Assembly (NCBI GenBank): GCA_048938105.1
Contig: JBHLMN010000014.1
Span: 99,062-163,061 of the forward strand
Source: Promethearchaeota archaeon
Lineage (GTDB): Archaea; Asgardarchaeota; Heimdallarchaeia; Hodarchaeales; Hodarchaeaceae
Reading direction: 5' to 3'
Length of the DNA: 64,000 nucleotides
Made by a program: the position numbers and the translations under genes
The notes under the pieces: generated by a model
Databases searched by the model: none
Seen by the model: the letters and a program-made list of their open reading frames with translations, nothing else
What the model was told of the DNA's origin: nothing
Part shown: in pieces, positions 41,518 through 52,008 of the stretch
Numbering within the stretch: the stretch's first letter is position 1
How the letters are laid out: each line of letters opens with the position of its first letter

Positions 41518-42549
41518 TTAAGAAAAAACACCAGGAATGGGGGTCTGACATTTATTACATTTTCCATCCGTAATATCATGAATCGTTGTGTAGAATCCTG
41601 CTCGTTGAATTAAAAGATGATTACAATGATGACAATAAGTATCATTACCTTTACGACTCCTTACATTTCCTAAATAGACGTAATTTAGACCAATATCCTT
41701 AGCAAGATGATATGCAGCTTCTAATGTTTCTATGGGTGTGAATGGTAAGTTACGAAGCTTATAGTCTGGATGGAATCGAGAAAAATGTAAAGGTATATTG
41801 GAACCTAGGTTGTTCAAAATCCATTCACACATTTCTCGGATCATATCCATAGAGTCATTTTTCGTTGGAATTACTAAATTAGTAATCTCTAAATGAACCC
41901 CTAGTTTGTGAAATATTTCACAGGTTCTTAATACAGGTTTCCAAGAAGGTGAACTGCAAATTTCTTTATAAAAATCAGATGAAAATCCTTTCACATCAAT
42001 ATTTGCTGCATCGATTAATTTTCCCAGTTTTTCAGCTAATCTCTTCGTAATATAACCATTATCAACAACAACCATCTTTAAATTGTGTTTATGTGCAATT
42101 TCGGCAATATCTCGTACATATTCAAAAGCTATCATTGGTTCATTGTACGTTGAGGCAATTGACGGGACATTCTTCGCAAGAGCAGCTCGTACTAATTCTT
42201 CTGGCATCATTTTCCTTAGAGACGAAATATTTCGATTCATTGAAATTGAGTAATTCTGACAATGGAGACAACCCATATTACAACCATGGGAGCCAATTGA
42301 TAGGATACCTGTTCCTGGAAGAAAATGATAAAGTGGTTTCTTTTCAATAGGATCAATCGCAAGTGATGAAATTAAACCATAAGTGCGGGGGATAATTTTT
42401 CCATCTTTATTGATCCGTGCCCCACACCATCCAATTTCATTATCTGAAAGTTGACAATGTCTGGGGCAAGCGAGACATTGCATTTTTCCTGATTTCAGGA
42501 TTCTGTGAAATATCCAATCGTTTTCCTGGGCTGATATTTCTTCTACCAA
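41518..42549 (-). CDS. AmmeMemoRadiSam-type radical SAM enzyme
   Basis: CLACPRHC, DPIEKKPLYHF, GCNMGCLHCQN, LHFSRFHP, YVYLGNV. Confidence 0.9.
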   Translation of the reverse strand: MVEEISAQENDWIFHRILKSGKMQCLACPRHCQLSDNEIGWCGARINKDGKIIPRTYGLISSLAIDPIEKKPLYHFLPGTGILSIGSHGCNMGCLHCQNYSISMNRNISSLRKMMPEELVRAALAKNVPSIASTYNEPMIAFEYVRDIAEIAHKHNLKMVVVDNGYITKRLAEKLGKLIDAANIDVKGFSSDFYKEICSSPSWKPVLRTCEIFHKLGVHLEITNLVIPTKNDSMDMIREMCEWILNNLGSNIPLHFSRFHPDYKLRNLPFTPIETLEAAYHLAKDIGLNYVYLGNVRSRKGNDTYCHHCNHLLIQRAGFYTTIHDITDGKCNKCQTPIPGVFS

Positions 42550-42573
42550 ATGGAATACATCACCTTTGGCCTT

Positions 42574-43308
42574 TTATCGGATGGAAATAACATCATTTGA
42601 TTCATCATAGTTAAGTAAATTCTTCTCAGCCATACGACCAAGAGTACGAGTAATAATTACTGGAGAAATTTGGCCTTCAAGAGCTTTTTTCAATTGATTT
42701 TTCGATGTTCTGCCTAACTTCATCGTTGCTGCAAGTATGTCCACTTCAGGAATATCTTCTGCTGATTCCTCAAGAAGAAACGAGATGACTGCATTATCAG
42801 CTTTCAGAGTTTCGAGTTCATTCCTTAGTTTTACGTTTTCAGTCTCTTTTACCTCAATCTCTGTTTTTAACTTTAATTCAAGGTCTTGATTTGTTTTAGT
42901 AAGTGTTGCGATTTTTTCTCTTTTTTGAGAGATTTCAGATTTTAAGTTGGTAATTTCATCATTAGTAGTTTGAAGAGTATCAATAATTTGATTTTTCTCT
43001 ATTTGGATTTCCTCCAATCGATTTTTTTTCTCTTGTAATTCTCCTACGCTATCAGTTTGTTTCCTAACTAGTTTTTCCTTCAAATTTGCTTGGTTATTAA
43101 TTTCATCTTGAAGAGAAGAAATTTTTGCTTCCTGTTCAGTAATTTGAGTATCTACTGCTTGTTTCTCTTTAATGAGTGTTTCAAGATACTCTCTTGATCC
43201 CCGAAGATCTTGAACTCTAGTAAAAACTAATTGTTTTGTTTCATCCCCCAATCTATTCAGAGATTCTTCACTCCTAATGAATTTTTCTCTTAAAGTATCT
43301 GTATCCAT
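42574..43308 (-). CDS. Coiled-coil protein with C-terminal winged helix
   Basis: About 170 aa of heptad-rich sequence, then IPEVDILA...SKNQLKKAL...IITRTLGRMAEKNLLNYD. Confidence 0.7.
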   Translation of the reverse strand: MDTDTLREKFIRSEESLNRLGDETKQLVFTRVQDLRGSREYLETLIKEKQAVDTQITEQEAKISSLQDEINNQANLKEKLVRKQTDSVGELQEKKNRLEEIQIEKNQIIDTLQTTNDEITNLKSEISQKREKIATLTKTNQDLELKLKTEIEVKETENVKLRNELETLKADNAVISFLLEESAEDIPEVDILAATMKLGRTSKNQLKKALEGQISPVIITRTLGRMAEKNLLNYDESNDVISIR

Positions 43309-43310
43309 GA

Positions 43311-44105
43311 TTAAACCTCCTTGTCAAAGAGATCTATCTTTGTTAATAGCGTGATAGTTTCTGCAGATTCATTGAAATCTAAAACCTTTCTAGCTTTTAG
43401 CAAATTCAATACAGATTTTAGTGTGTTGAAATCCATACCTAGTGCCGATCGAACCTCTGTCAGGGTTGAGTGTGGACTTGGCTTTTTAGCTAAAAATTTA
43501 ATCAATCCCACCTCAGGACTTTGGATATAATCTTTAGAACATAATATTCGAATTGCTTGAAATCTATTTGCAAGCATATCTTTTTCAGTTTTCAATCGAT
43601 CATATTGTTTGTTAATAGTGTTCATGCGTACTTCAAATTTAGGTTTTAATTCATTATGCGTATTTTCTAATGAGGTAAGTTCGACATCCAACGAGCGAAG
43701 ATTAGTTGTAAGATTCGTTTTTTCAGAGTCAAGGATTCCTAATTTATTTTTATTTGCTAACAAATCAGACTGAATTTGAGATGCTTGCGAATTTATTATA
43801 TCAATATTACTCTGAATTGTGGATATCTCATTCTCGATTTGACCAATTTCGCTACGAAAGGTTTGAAGATCATTTGTAAGATCGGAAATCTCACGTGTGT
43901 AATCGTTTGAGATACGTCTTCTTTCATTTATATAATTTCTAAGGGACTCAATGTCATTTACAAGAGATTTTAGATCTTCTCGTATTAACTCAACCCGACT
44001 CTGAAATTTATTTACTAATTCACTTAAGCTGAGTTCTAATTTTCGAATTTCTTCAGCAGATTTGGGGGTACTCATATGCTTATCTCCAAAGAGTTCATTA
44101 AACAT
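43311..44105 (-). CDS. Coiled-coil protein with C-terminal winged helix
   Basis: Heptad-rich N terminus, then SPEVGLIKFL...TLTEVRSALGM...LKSVLNLLKARKVLDFNE. Confidence 0.7.
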   Translation of the reverse strand: MFNELFGDKHMSTPKSAEEIRKLELSLSELVNKFQSRVELIREDLKSLVNDIESLRNYINERRRISNDYTREISDLTNDLQTFRSEIGQIENEISTIQSNIDIINSQASQIQSDLLANKNKLGILDSEKTNLTTNLRSLDVELTSLENTHNELKPKFEVRMNTINKQYDRLKTEKDMLANRFQAIRILCSKDYIQSPEVGLIKFLAKKPSPHSTLTEVRSALGMDFNTLKSVLNLLKARKVLDFNESAETITLLTKIDLFDKEV

Positions 44106-44687
44106 CTAACTGATACCTTAAAATTCTTTTCTAAACTTTTTTGGTAGAATTGCTCTTTCAATAATAACTGAGAATTCGTATATAATAATAATATATATTC
44201 ACTAAAAAAGTGTTATCAAGAAGGTTCAATGATATTCAAATGATTTTGTCAATTAGAACGAGGAGGAAGTAGGACTTTAAGATATCTTCTTAACCAGATA
44301 GAAGGCCTAAATAATGAAGGAATTTCCTTTATAAGCTAGAATTTTTCAATTGTAACAAATGGATTCACTATATTTCCCTCTACCACTTTCTTAAAAATTT
44401 AGAAAAGCTTCCAACTCAAACATCTCAATAAATCTTAAAACTCCTTGATAGTAGCTGAATAAATCTTTAAGATCCTAAACCTAAACACCTAATGGTAAAA
44501 GGGGAAAAATAATTGAAAAATTGGTCTCCCCAAAGAATGGACCAATCAACACAAGAAATCCTCCTCATATTATCTGATAATTTTTAATTTCATGTGATGT
44601 GAATTTAATTTTTATTTTGGTTTTCTCCAATATTCAGCTAAATAACAAAGGTTCATTCCCCCCAAAAACTTCAAAATGTTTTTATTC

Positions 44688-44719
44688 ACACAAAGCGAAA
44701 GGTTTATGTGATTTTGTGT
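44688..44719 (+). promoter_or_regulatory. hsp20 promoter (BRE/TATA-like CGAAAGGTTTAT) flanked by ACACAAA/TTTGTGT inverted repeat
   Basis: 7-bp inverted repeat at 44688-44694 and 44713-44719. Confidence 0.45.
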
Positions 44720-44766
44720 ATAATGCTTTAATTGAAATATTCACTTAATTTATGGAGGTTAATTCA

Positions 44767-45384
44767 ATGTCAGATCCCACTGATGATAATTATGACGATG
44801 AAGATCGTCACCCACGCCGTCGTCCACGAGAAAATCCATTTGATGAATTCTTCACTAATTTTATGAATCAATTTGGAGGATTCAACTTCGAAAACATATT
44901 TGATCAGATGGATTACTTCCTTGAGGATATCTTTCGCCGATTCAATGTTCGTAACCTAATGGATGATAGCTCTAAGTTCCCTGGATTCGTATGGGGTTTT
45001 AGAATGACAAGAGGTCCTGATGGTCGTCCACATATTGAACGATTCGGAAATAATCCACGAAAAGTCGGAACTGGTACGGATATCAAGTCATCGTTTGAAA
45101 GAGAACCTTTAGTAGATATAATTGATGATACAGATGTTTTACGTATTATCGCGGAGATTCCAGGAGTTTCAAAGAAAGAAATAGATTTATCTGCTACTGA
45201 AAGTAGCTTATTGATTCAAGCTGAGTCCGTCGATGGAAAAAGGAAATATTTTAAGGAGCTAGATCTTCCATGTGTTGTTTTCCCTGAATCCGCGTCAGCC
45301 AAATTTAAAAATGGTGTTCTTGAAGTCGAATTAAAGAAAAATGCATCAATAGATCAAACAGGAATGAAGGTGCAAGTTGATTAA
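44767..45384 (+). CDS. hsp20: Archaeal small heat shock protein Hsp20
   Basis: VWGFRMTRGPDGRPHIERFGN, REPLVDI, AEIPGV, AKFKNGVLEV; GGAGGT precedes ATG 44767. Confidence 0.93.
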   Translation: MSDPTDDNYDDEDRHPRRRPRENPFDEFFTNFMNQFGGFNFENIFDQMDYFLEDIFRRFNVRNLMDDSSKFPGFVWGFRMTRGPDGRPHIERFGNNPRKVGTGTDIKSSFEREPLVDIIDDTDVLRIIAEIPGVSKKEIDLSATESSLLIQAESVDGKRKYFKELDLPCVVFPESASAKFKNGVLEVELKKNASIDQTGMKVQVD

Positions 45385-45419
45385 CTTCATTCATAGCATA
45401 CTGGAGACCCATTTTATAA

Positions 45420-47597
45420 ATGAAATCCGTTGAAATCCGTTTAAAAGTGAAAGAAGCTCATTATCGTGATGTTGGTCGTGGTATTGCTAGGATTTCTAAA
45501 GCTCATATGAAAGAATTAAACCTACTATCAGGTGATGTACTTTCAATAGAGGGATCTATGGAAAAACGAACAACTGCAATTGTCTGGCCTGCTTATAGTT
45601 CCGAAGAAAATGATTCGGTAATATCAATTGATGCAACAACCAGATCAAATGCTGGAGTTCGCTTGGATGAGTTAGTTAATGTTCGAAAGGCATCTACAGC
45701 TGCAGCAAAAAAAGTTGTTTTTGCTCCAACAACAGGAAATATCTTGAAGGGCATAGAAGGATATCTACACCGCGAACTTCAAGGGAGAGCTTTCTCTCTC
45801 GATGACAAAATTCGTTTAGAATACATGGGTAATCTTTTTGAGTATAATGTTGTAAAAATCATACCAAAACAAGATTCTGTTTTCATAGATCAAAGTACAG
45901 TCATTGAAATTACTCCTACCTCTATCATTTCTGATGAAGCATCTGCAGACTATAAACTCATACCCAAAATAGCTTATGAAGATATTGGAGGATTGGATGA
46001 TACAATTCAGCGGTTAAGAGAGATGGTCGAGCTCCCCATGCGATATCCTGAATTGTTTGAACGTTTGGGAGTAGAACCGCCAAAAGGCGTTCTTCTTTAT
46101 GGTCCTCCTGGTACTGGTAAAACTCTATTAGCAAAAGCAGTGGCAAGTGAAACTGAATCACATTTTATTGATGTTTCTGGCCCTGAAGTAATGTCAGTAT
46201 ACCACGGAGGGAGCGAAAAAAGAATTCGTGAAATATTCAAAGAAGCAGAGGAAAAATCTCCTAGTATATTGTTCATTGATGAAATTGATAGCATTTCACC
46301 TAAACGTGATGAGAAATCTTCGGGAGAGATGGAACGAAGAGTAGTTGCACAATTGTTGGCCTTAATGGATGGTTTAGAAAGTCGTGGTGAAATAATTGTC
46401 ATTGGCGCTACAAATCGTCCCAATGCAATCGATCCAGCTTTACGTCGTCCTGGTCGTTTTGATCGCGAAATTGAAATCGGTATTCCTAATAAAAATGGTC
46501 GTTTATCCATTTTGGAGATTCATACACGATCTATGCCTCTAACTGACACAGTTAACCTAGAAGACTTAGCAACTCGAACTCATGGCTTTGTAGGAGCAGA
46601 TTTATTATCACTTACAAAGGAAGCTGGAATGCGTGCAATTAGACGTGTCTTCCCTAAAATTATTTGGGGAGAAGAAATTTCTCTGGATATTATTAATCAA
46701 ATATCAGTACAACCAGAGGATTTTGAGTTTGCTCTAACAGAAGTCAAGCCCAGTGCTCTAAGAGAGGTTTTTGTAGAGATTCCCTCTGTTTCATGGGATG
46801 AAGTTGGAGGGTTGGATGAAGTAAAGCACGAATTAAGAGAAATCATCGAATGGCCTTCAAAATACCCAACAATATTTAACTATCTGGATGCTGATATTCC
46901 TAGAGGAATATTATTAACAGGCCCTCCAGGTACTGGAAAGACTCTACTAGTTCGAGCTATAGCTAGTGAATCATCGAAGAATTTCATTTATGTAAAAGGT
47001 TCAGAAATTCACTCAAAATGGGTTGGAGAAAGTGAAAAAGCGATACAGGAGACATTTCGAAAAGCTCGTATGAGTGCACCATGTATTGTGTTTTTTGACG
47101 AAATTGATACATTAGTTCCATCACGAAAGACTGGATTTTCTGATGCAGGGGTTTCAGATCGGATAGTGACAACTTTCCTTACTGAAATGGATGGATTGGA
47201 AGAATTAGCTGAGGTTATTGTCATTGCTGCTTCTAATCGTCCTGATATCCTTGACCCAGCATTATTAAGACCTGGGAGATTTGAAAGGATCATCAAACTA
47301 CCAATGCCAGATGAGAAAGCCCGAGAGGAGATTTTAAAAGTTCATACTAGGAATAAGCCCTTATCATCGAAGATTTCACTATCTGACATTGCTAAACAGG
47401 CCGAAGGTTTCAGCGGAGCAGATCTTAAAGGAGTAATTAGTCGTGCGACTTTCATAGCAATAAATCAATTCCTTGAAACTCATCAGGAAGATCTAGAACA
47501 TATGAATCAATCAGAGAGAAAAGAATTCATTGAGAAAAATCAGCCTGAAATAAAATTGTCTAACATGATTGAAGCCCTGAATTTCTTCATACACTAG
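45420..47597 (+). CDS. cdc48: Second Cdc48/VCP AAA+ ATPase (intein-free)
   Basis: N domain plus two AAA modules with GPPGTGKT and RPGRF. Confidence 0.95.
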   Translation: MKSVEIRLKVKEAHYRDVGRGIARISKAHMKELNLLSGDVLSIEGSMEKRTTAIVWPAYSSEENDSVISIDATTRSNAGVRLDELVNVRKASTAAAKKVVFAPTTGNILKGIEGYLHRELQGRAFSLDDKIRLEYMGNLFEYNVVKIIPKQDSVFIDQSTVIEITPTSIISDEASADYKLIPKIAYEDIGGLDDTIQRLREMVELPMRYPELFERLGVEPPKGVLLYGPPGTGKTLLAKAVASETESHFIDVSGPEVMSVYHGGSEKRIREIFKEAEEKSPSILFIDEIDSISPKRDEKSSGEMERRVVAQLLALMDGLESRGEIIVIGATNRPNAIDPALRRPGRFDREIEIGIPNKNGRLSILEIHTRSMPLTDTVNLEDLATRTHGFVGADLLSLTKEAGMRAIRRVFPKIIWGEEISLDIINQISVQPEDFEFALTEVKPSALREVFVEIPSVSWDEVGGLDEVKHELREIIEWPSKYPTIFNYLDADIPRGILLTGPPGTGKTLLVRAIASESSKNFIYVKGSEIHSKWVGESEKAIQETFRKARMSAPCIVFFDEIDTLVPSRKTGFSDAGVSDRIVTTFLTEMDGLEELAEVIVIAASNRPDILDPALLRPGRFERIIKLPMPDEKAREEILKVHTRNKPLSSKISLSDIAKQAEGFSGADLKGVISRATFIAINQFLETHQEDLEHMNQSERKEFIEKNQPEIKLSNMIEALNFFIH

Positions 47598-47602
47598 GAA
47601 GT

Positions 47603-48412
47603 ATGTCATTGGATCTAGAGAATTTGACTGGAGAGATTGAAGAGTGGCTTGAAAAAGCTGATGAGGAAGAAAATCTTAAATTTATAAAACAAAAGGATTC
47701 AGAATCTGGATTTTTCTCCAATACAATCGCAATCGAATTATTGGGTTATTTCGGGTCTGTGGATAGAATGATTGCTAAAGAGATCCAGAAATTCGGTCAA
47801 AAAAAGAAAAAACTTGCTGGTTTCTTTTCTAGCTATTTTAATGAAATGATTCAATTGTATTTTGGTGAAATTTTACTCCCTATCACTCTTACCCATTCAC
47901 AAATTGGGTCTCAACACTTCATTATTACCACGGGGAGTTTTGCCATACCTGATGTGATTAGTTACCGGTTAGCAGAAGAATTATACGAGTTTTATAAAGA
48001 GAACAAGGTTTCAAAGATCCTTTTAATCGATGGGGTATATAATTATCAACGTCAAATTGAAAAAAAGCCTCAGGTTCATAGAATATTTACATCAGAATCA
48101 AAAATCAAAGTGGTTAATGCAAAAAAAGCAAGTTTTACTTTGATGGGCCAAATAGCTAGTTCATTCTTGACTTATTGGAGTTATGAAGGCAGCATTCCTA
48201 TTGAAATTCTAGTAATAGATGCTTTTTCTGAATACGATCCAATATCCTCCCTGGAATTACTGAAGGTTTTAACAGAAGAATGGGGAATAGAGGGTGATTT
48301 CGAAGAATTAAGAAGAAAATCACAAGAATTTATTCAATCACACATGGAATTAAGAAAAGAAATTAAATTTCAAAGACAGAAAGAAGTTGTTGACCCACGA
48401 TTTTTTACTTAG
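47603..48412 (+). CDS. PAC2 (proteasome assembly chaperone)-like protein
   Basis: GYFGSVDRMIA, ILLIDGV, DPISSLELL...W.IEGDFEELRRKS resemble the PAC2/PbaA fold; operon context. Confidence 0.6.
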   Translation: MSLDLENLTGEIEEWLEKADEEENLKFIKQKDSESGFFSNTIAIELLGYFGSVDRMIAKEIQKFGQKKKKLAGFFSSYFNEMIQLYFGEILLPITLTHSQIGSQHFIITTGSFAIPDVISYRLAEELYEFYKENKVSKILLIDGVYNYQRQIEKKPQVHRIFTSESKIKVVNAKKASFTLMGQIASSFLTYWSYEGSIPIEILVIDAFSEYDPISSLELLKVLTEEWGIEGDFEELRRKSQEFIQSHMELRKEIKFQRQKEVVDPRFFT

Positions 48413-48425
48413 GAGGTAGAATAAG

Positions 48426-48989
48426 TTGAGTGGAGACCCACTAAACGAAATTGAATTGATCCTAAAGATCCTGACCTATCAGATTGAGAATAAAAGATTC
48501 ACGGCAATGAAAGAGATAGATGAAGTCCTTCGCTTATTAGCAAATCAGACCCGCAGGCGGATGCTTTTCGAATTGGCATCAGGTGAAGGGTTTGTAAATG
48601 AGCTAGTGAAAAGACTAGATGATCATCCGCAGTCAATCGTCAGACATTTAGAGGTATTAAAAAAGCATAACCTAGTTATTGGCAAACAACGTCCAGGGCG
48701 GGGAAGAGGAAGACCAAGACTCTATTACACATTGTTTCCTGAAGTTGCAGAGTTAATTCAGAGAACAGGAAAAGATAAGTCTGATTCAAATGAATCTAAC
48801 ATTTGCAGTTGTTTTCCCCGTCTAAATACCATTAGAAGGCGTATTAGCGATAGTATTTCCCATTCTGAACAAAGAAAGATTATTTCTGAAGTTAAAAACA
48901 TACAAAAAGAACATGAAATGGCACTTCAAGTATGTAACGAGATTCTCGAGAAAGTAGAGAAAAAAGTTAAAAAAATCGAAGTGAAATGA
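48426..48989 (+). CDS. ArsR-family regulator (Phr/HSR1-like heat-shock repressor candidate)
   Basis: LANQTRRRML..L, VNELV, SIVRHLEVLKKHNLV, GRGRPRLYY. Confidence 0.8.
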   Translation: MSGDPLNEIELILKILTYQIENKRFTAMKEIDEVLRLLANQTRRRMLFELASGEGFVNELVKRLDDHPQSIVRHLEVLKKHNLVIGKQRPGRGRGRPRLYYTLFPEVAELIQRTGKDKSDSNESNICSCFPRLNTIRRRISDSISHSEQRKIISEVKNIQKEHEMALQVCNEILEKVEKKVKKIEVK

Positions 48990-49008
48990 AAGGAAGGGTA
49001 GATAGAAA

Positions 49009-51264
49009 CTGTCCCGGGGCCATATTCAGAGTTATCAAAGAACACTCTTTCTTTTTCAAGATGAAAAAGAGCTTAAATCTGTTTTTGGAGATTTTCTTCA
49101 ACATTGCATTGAATCAGAGTATACTGGTACAGCTGGGTTAATTGTCATTGATAATAAAACACATAAAACATCACTATTTCAGGATTTAAATCAATTAATA
49201 TCCTCATTGAGTAATGTCAAAATTAATACTTTTGATGTAATTTCCTCTGTTTTAGGTCAAACCTTGGACTTTCTTCTTCTAGATCTTCGGGAGAATTTCG
49301 TTCCAAACACGATCAACATTGTATTAGAAACAGTTAGAGGGGGAGGTGTGATTTTTCTTCTTGGTCTCCCTTATTCTGAATGGGTTTATTCAGTAAATAA
49401 AAACCAAATTCTTCTTAAGAATGTGCCATCTACAAAAACAAAACACACAAAATCAATCCTTTTAGACTGGTTTCTGAAAAATATTCTTAATAATCCCCAA
49501 TGTAGAACAAAAGGATCAAGCTCCTCAGAAATAATTGAAAGTTTTAATCCAATGCCATATCAAGTTAATCTAACTACTCAAATCAAGGACATTCATGTGA
49601 CACCTGAACAGAAAAATGTGATAAAGAGTATCGTTGATACATTGCTAGACACCAAACATCCTAATAGCTGTTCCATTTTGGTGGCTAATAGAGGAAGAGG
49701 AAAATCTGCTTCTATAGGGTTATCCATATCTCAAGTTCTCTCCAAACAACGTATGCATTCATATAAAGTTGTGATCTCCTCTCCCCATCTAACAAACGTT
49801 CAAACCTTGTTTGAATTCCTTTCAAAAGGATTAACCTCTGAGGAGGTAATATTTCACGAATTGAAGCAAGATAGTTGGGTATCAGGAATCAAAACTTCTT
49901 CTGGTGCAAAAATAACTTACCTTTGGCCAAGTGAGATAAGTAAAAACTTGAGAACCGATTTATTTGTAGTTGATGAAGCAGCTGCAATTCCTGTAGAAAT
50001 TTTAAAGGAAATTATAAAGGTTAAAGCAAAAAAAATCTTTGTTTCGACAATTCATGGCTATGAAGGAGCAGGAAGAGGTTTTCAACACAAATTTCTTCCA
50101 TATTTGCGAAAACAAAAGGGAATTCAATATTCAGAATTCTCTTTGCATCAACCGATTAGATATCTCTCAGGTGATTCTATAGAGAAATTGTTAAATAATA
50201 CTTTTCTTCTTAATGTTGAGCTAGATCCATCCGAAATGGATTATAAAACCCTTGATAGGGAGTCTTTTGGACTCAAGGTATATAAAAATATAGAATATTT
50301 GTTTTCGGAACAAGGATTGCCCTATCTCAAGCAACTATTTAGCCTCTTAATTTATGCTCATTATCGGAACCAACCAAATGACCTTTTAGTGTTAGCTGAC
50401 TCTGGAAAGCATTTTTTAACTGGTGTTTATGGAAAAGATAGACAACAAAACAAACTATTACTAGTATCCAGCCAACTAGCTAAGGAAGGGGAGATGACTG
50501 AGAAAGAGATTAGTAAAGTGGCATCTGGTAAATTCATTAAGGGGAACCTTATATCTACGATCGCCATACGTCACTTTTCTAAGGAGTTTGCAAAATTATG
50601 TGGTTTAAGGATAGTTAGAATAGCTGCTCATCCAAGTCTGATGAATAAAGGGTTCGGACGATTGACGATAGAGTTGCAACAGAATATATTTTCATCATAT
50701 GATTGGATTGGGGTAAGTTACGGTGCAACAGTTAAATTAATGAAATTTTGGAGGAAGTTCGGTTTTAAATCTGTCCACATTCGACCAATTAAGACACCAG
50801 AAACAGGTGAGTGGAACATTGTTGTTATTCACCCTTTATCACCTCCTGCAGCCACTATTATTAATCAGGTTTCTTCTGATTTTCTTTTACAGTTCTTAGC
50901 TTTACTCAAACAATCATTACATTCAATGATTCCAGAATTAGCTATTCAAATTCTTAAGAGTTGCAGTCCTATTCCTGATTACAAGCCTAAGATTACCTCT
51001 AGTGGAGCATTTCGTTTGAATAATTATTTAGATGGGCACCTCAATTTTCTACTTGCAGTTGATGTTATCTATGAATTAACGGTAAAATATTTTGTCTCAC
51101 CTAATACAATCAAACTTAGCCCAATTCAAGAAGTATTAATGATTACACGAATTTTACAGGGAAGAACATGGGGTCAGACCTTGAGTAGGACAGGTTTGAA
51201 CTGGAAAACAGCAAACACTATGTTAAAGAAAGCTGTTGTTAAAATTGCCCGTGATTATGTATGA
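49009..51264 (+). CDS. tmcA: tRNA(Met) cytidine acetyltransferase TmcA/Nat10
   Basis: VLGQTLD, ETVRGGG, ANRGRGKSA, VDEAA, STIHGYEGAGRGF, AHYRNQPNDL, RIVRIA; the frame is open from 49006, probable CTG start at 49009. Confidence 0.9.
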   Translation: MSRGHIQSYQRTLFLFQDEKELKSVFGDFLQHCIESEYTGTAGLIVIDNKTHKTSLFQDLNQLISSLSNVKINTFDVISSVLGQTLDFLLLDLRENFVPNTINIVLETVRGGGVIFLLGLPYSEWVYSVNKNQILLKNVPSTKTKHTKSILLDWFLKNILNNPQCRTKGSSSSEIIESFNPMPYQVNLTTQIKDIHVTPEQKNVIKSIVDTLLDTKHPNSCSILVANRGRGKSASIGLSISQVLSKQRMHSYKVVISSPHLTNVQTLFEFLSKGLTSEEVIFHELKQDSWVSGIKTSSGAKITYLWPSEISKNLRTDLFVVDEAAAIPVEILKEIIKVKAKKIFVSTIHGYEGAGRGFQHKFLPYLRKQKGIQYSEFSLHQPIRYLSGDSIEKLLNNTFLLNVELDPSEMDYKTLDRESFGLKVYKNIEYLFSEQGLPYLKQLFSLLIYAHYRNQPNDLLVLADSGKHFLTGVYGKDRQQNKLLLVSSQLAKEGEMTEKEISKVASGKFIKGNLISTIAIRHFSKEFAKLCGLRIVRIAAHPSLMNKGFGRLTIELQQNIFSSYDWIGVSYGATVKLMKFWRKFGFKSVHIRPIKTPETGEWNIVVIHPLSPPAATIINQVSSDFLLQFLALLKQSLHSMIPELAIQILKSCSPIPDYKPKITSSGAFRLNNYLDGHLNFLLAVDVIYELTVKYFVSPNTIKLSPIQEVLMITRILQGRTWGQTLSRTGLNWKTANTMLKKAVVKIARDYV

Positions 51265-51298
51265 TGAGATATAGCTGCTGAAATCAGAGAAAAGAAAA

Positions 51299-51598
51299 TT
51301 ACAATCTATCAAGAAATGTATCTAGAGGGAATAGTTTGGAGCTTGATTTCTCTGATAGGGGAATTTCTGGCTTTTTTGAAACAGTGTAATTATTATTGAA
51401 GGTGTAAGCACGGTGTTTATCAATCTGGATGGCACAACAAACTAAGCTCAAAGAGCAATCTCCTTGAGGATGATAATTATTTTTATAAAAAGCTAAACTA
51501 CCTTCCTCACAATTACAAATATTGCTTGAAATCGATAATGTGTCATTACGATTAATAGGTTTAGACAGCTGATTGAAGAATGATTGCCATATGGACAT
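51299..51598 (-). CDS. Hypothetical Cys-containing protein
   Basis: 99 aa ORF with ATG and GGAG upstream; no recognisable family. Confidence 0.45.
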   Translation of the reverse strand: MSIWQSFFNQLSKPINRNDTLSISSNICNCEEGSLAFYKNNYHPQGDCSLSLVCCAIQIDKHRAYTFNNNYTVSKKPEIPLSEKSSSKLFPLDTFLDRL

Positions 51599-52008
51599 TA
51601 AGATCTCCTCTTTTAATTTTTTGGTAAGAGATAATAATTAATAAACAAAAAAAAAGAAATCATGTAAGTTTTAATAAAAAGATATTATGCCTGACGTATC
51701 GTCCGATAAAAAATCGAATTTGGAAAGGGTGGATTTTTGTCGGTTTCTAAAAAGTCTACCGTTTCTTAAAGCTTTTTATTAAGAGAAATATCCCAAATGA
51801 TATATATGAGTGGAACTCTAATAAGATGCGATTTTCATAAAACTGTGATTGAAATTGAGACCTAAAAAACATTTATACCTCAGAGCAGATTTTATATATT
51901 CCTAAAACAAAATATATTTACAGGGGATCTCTGTCGAATATGTGATTAACAAGACTCAGTCTTGATGTACTCCCAAAAAAACTTCTAATCTCGATTACAC
52001 CCCTTTAG

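Noticed and set aside
45421-45440. TGAAATCCGT tandem duplication at the cdc48 start
   Set aside because: Only two 10-nt copies inside coding sequence; probably chance or slippage
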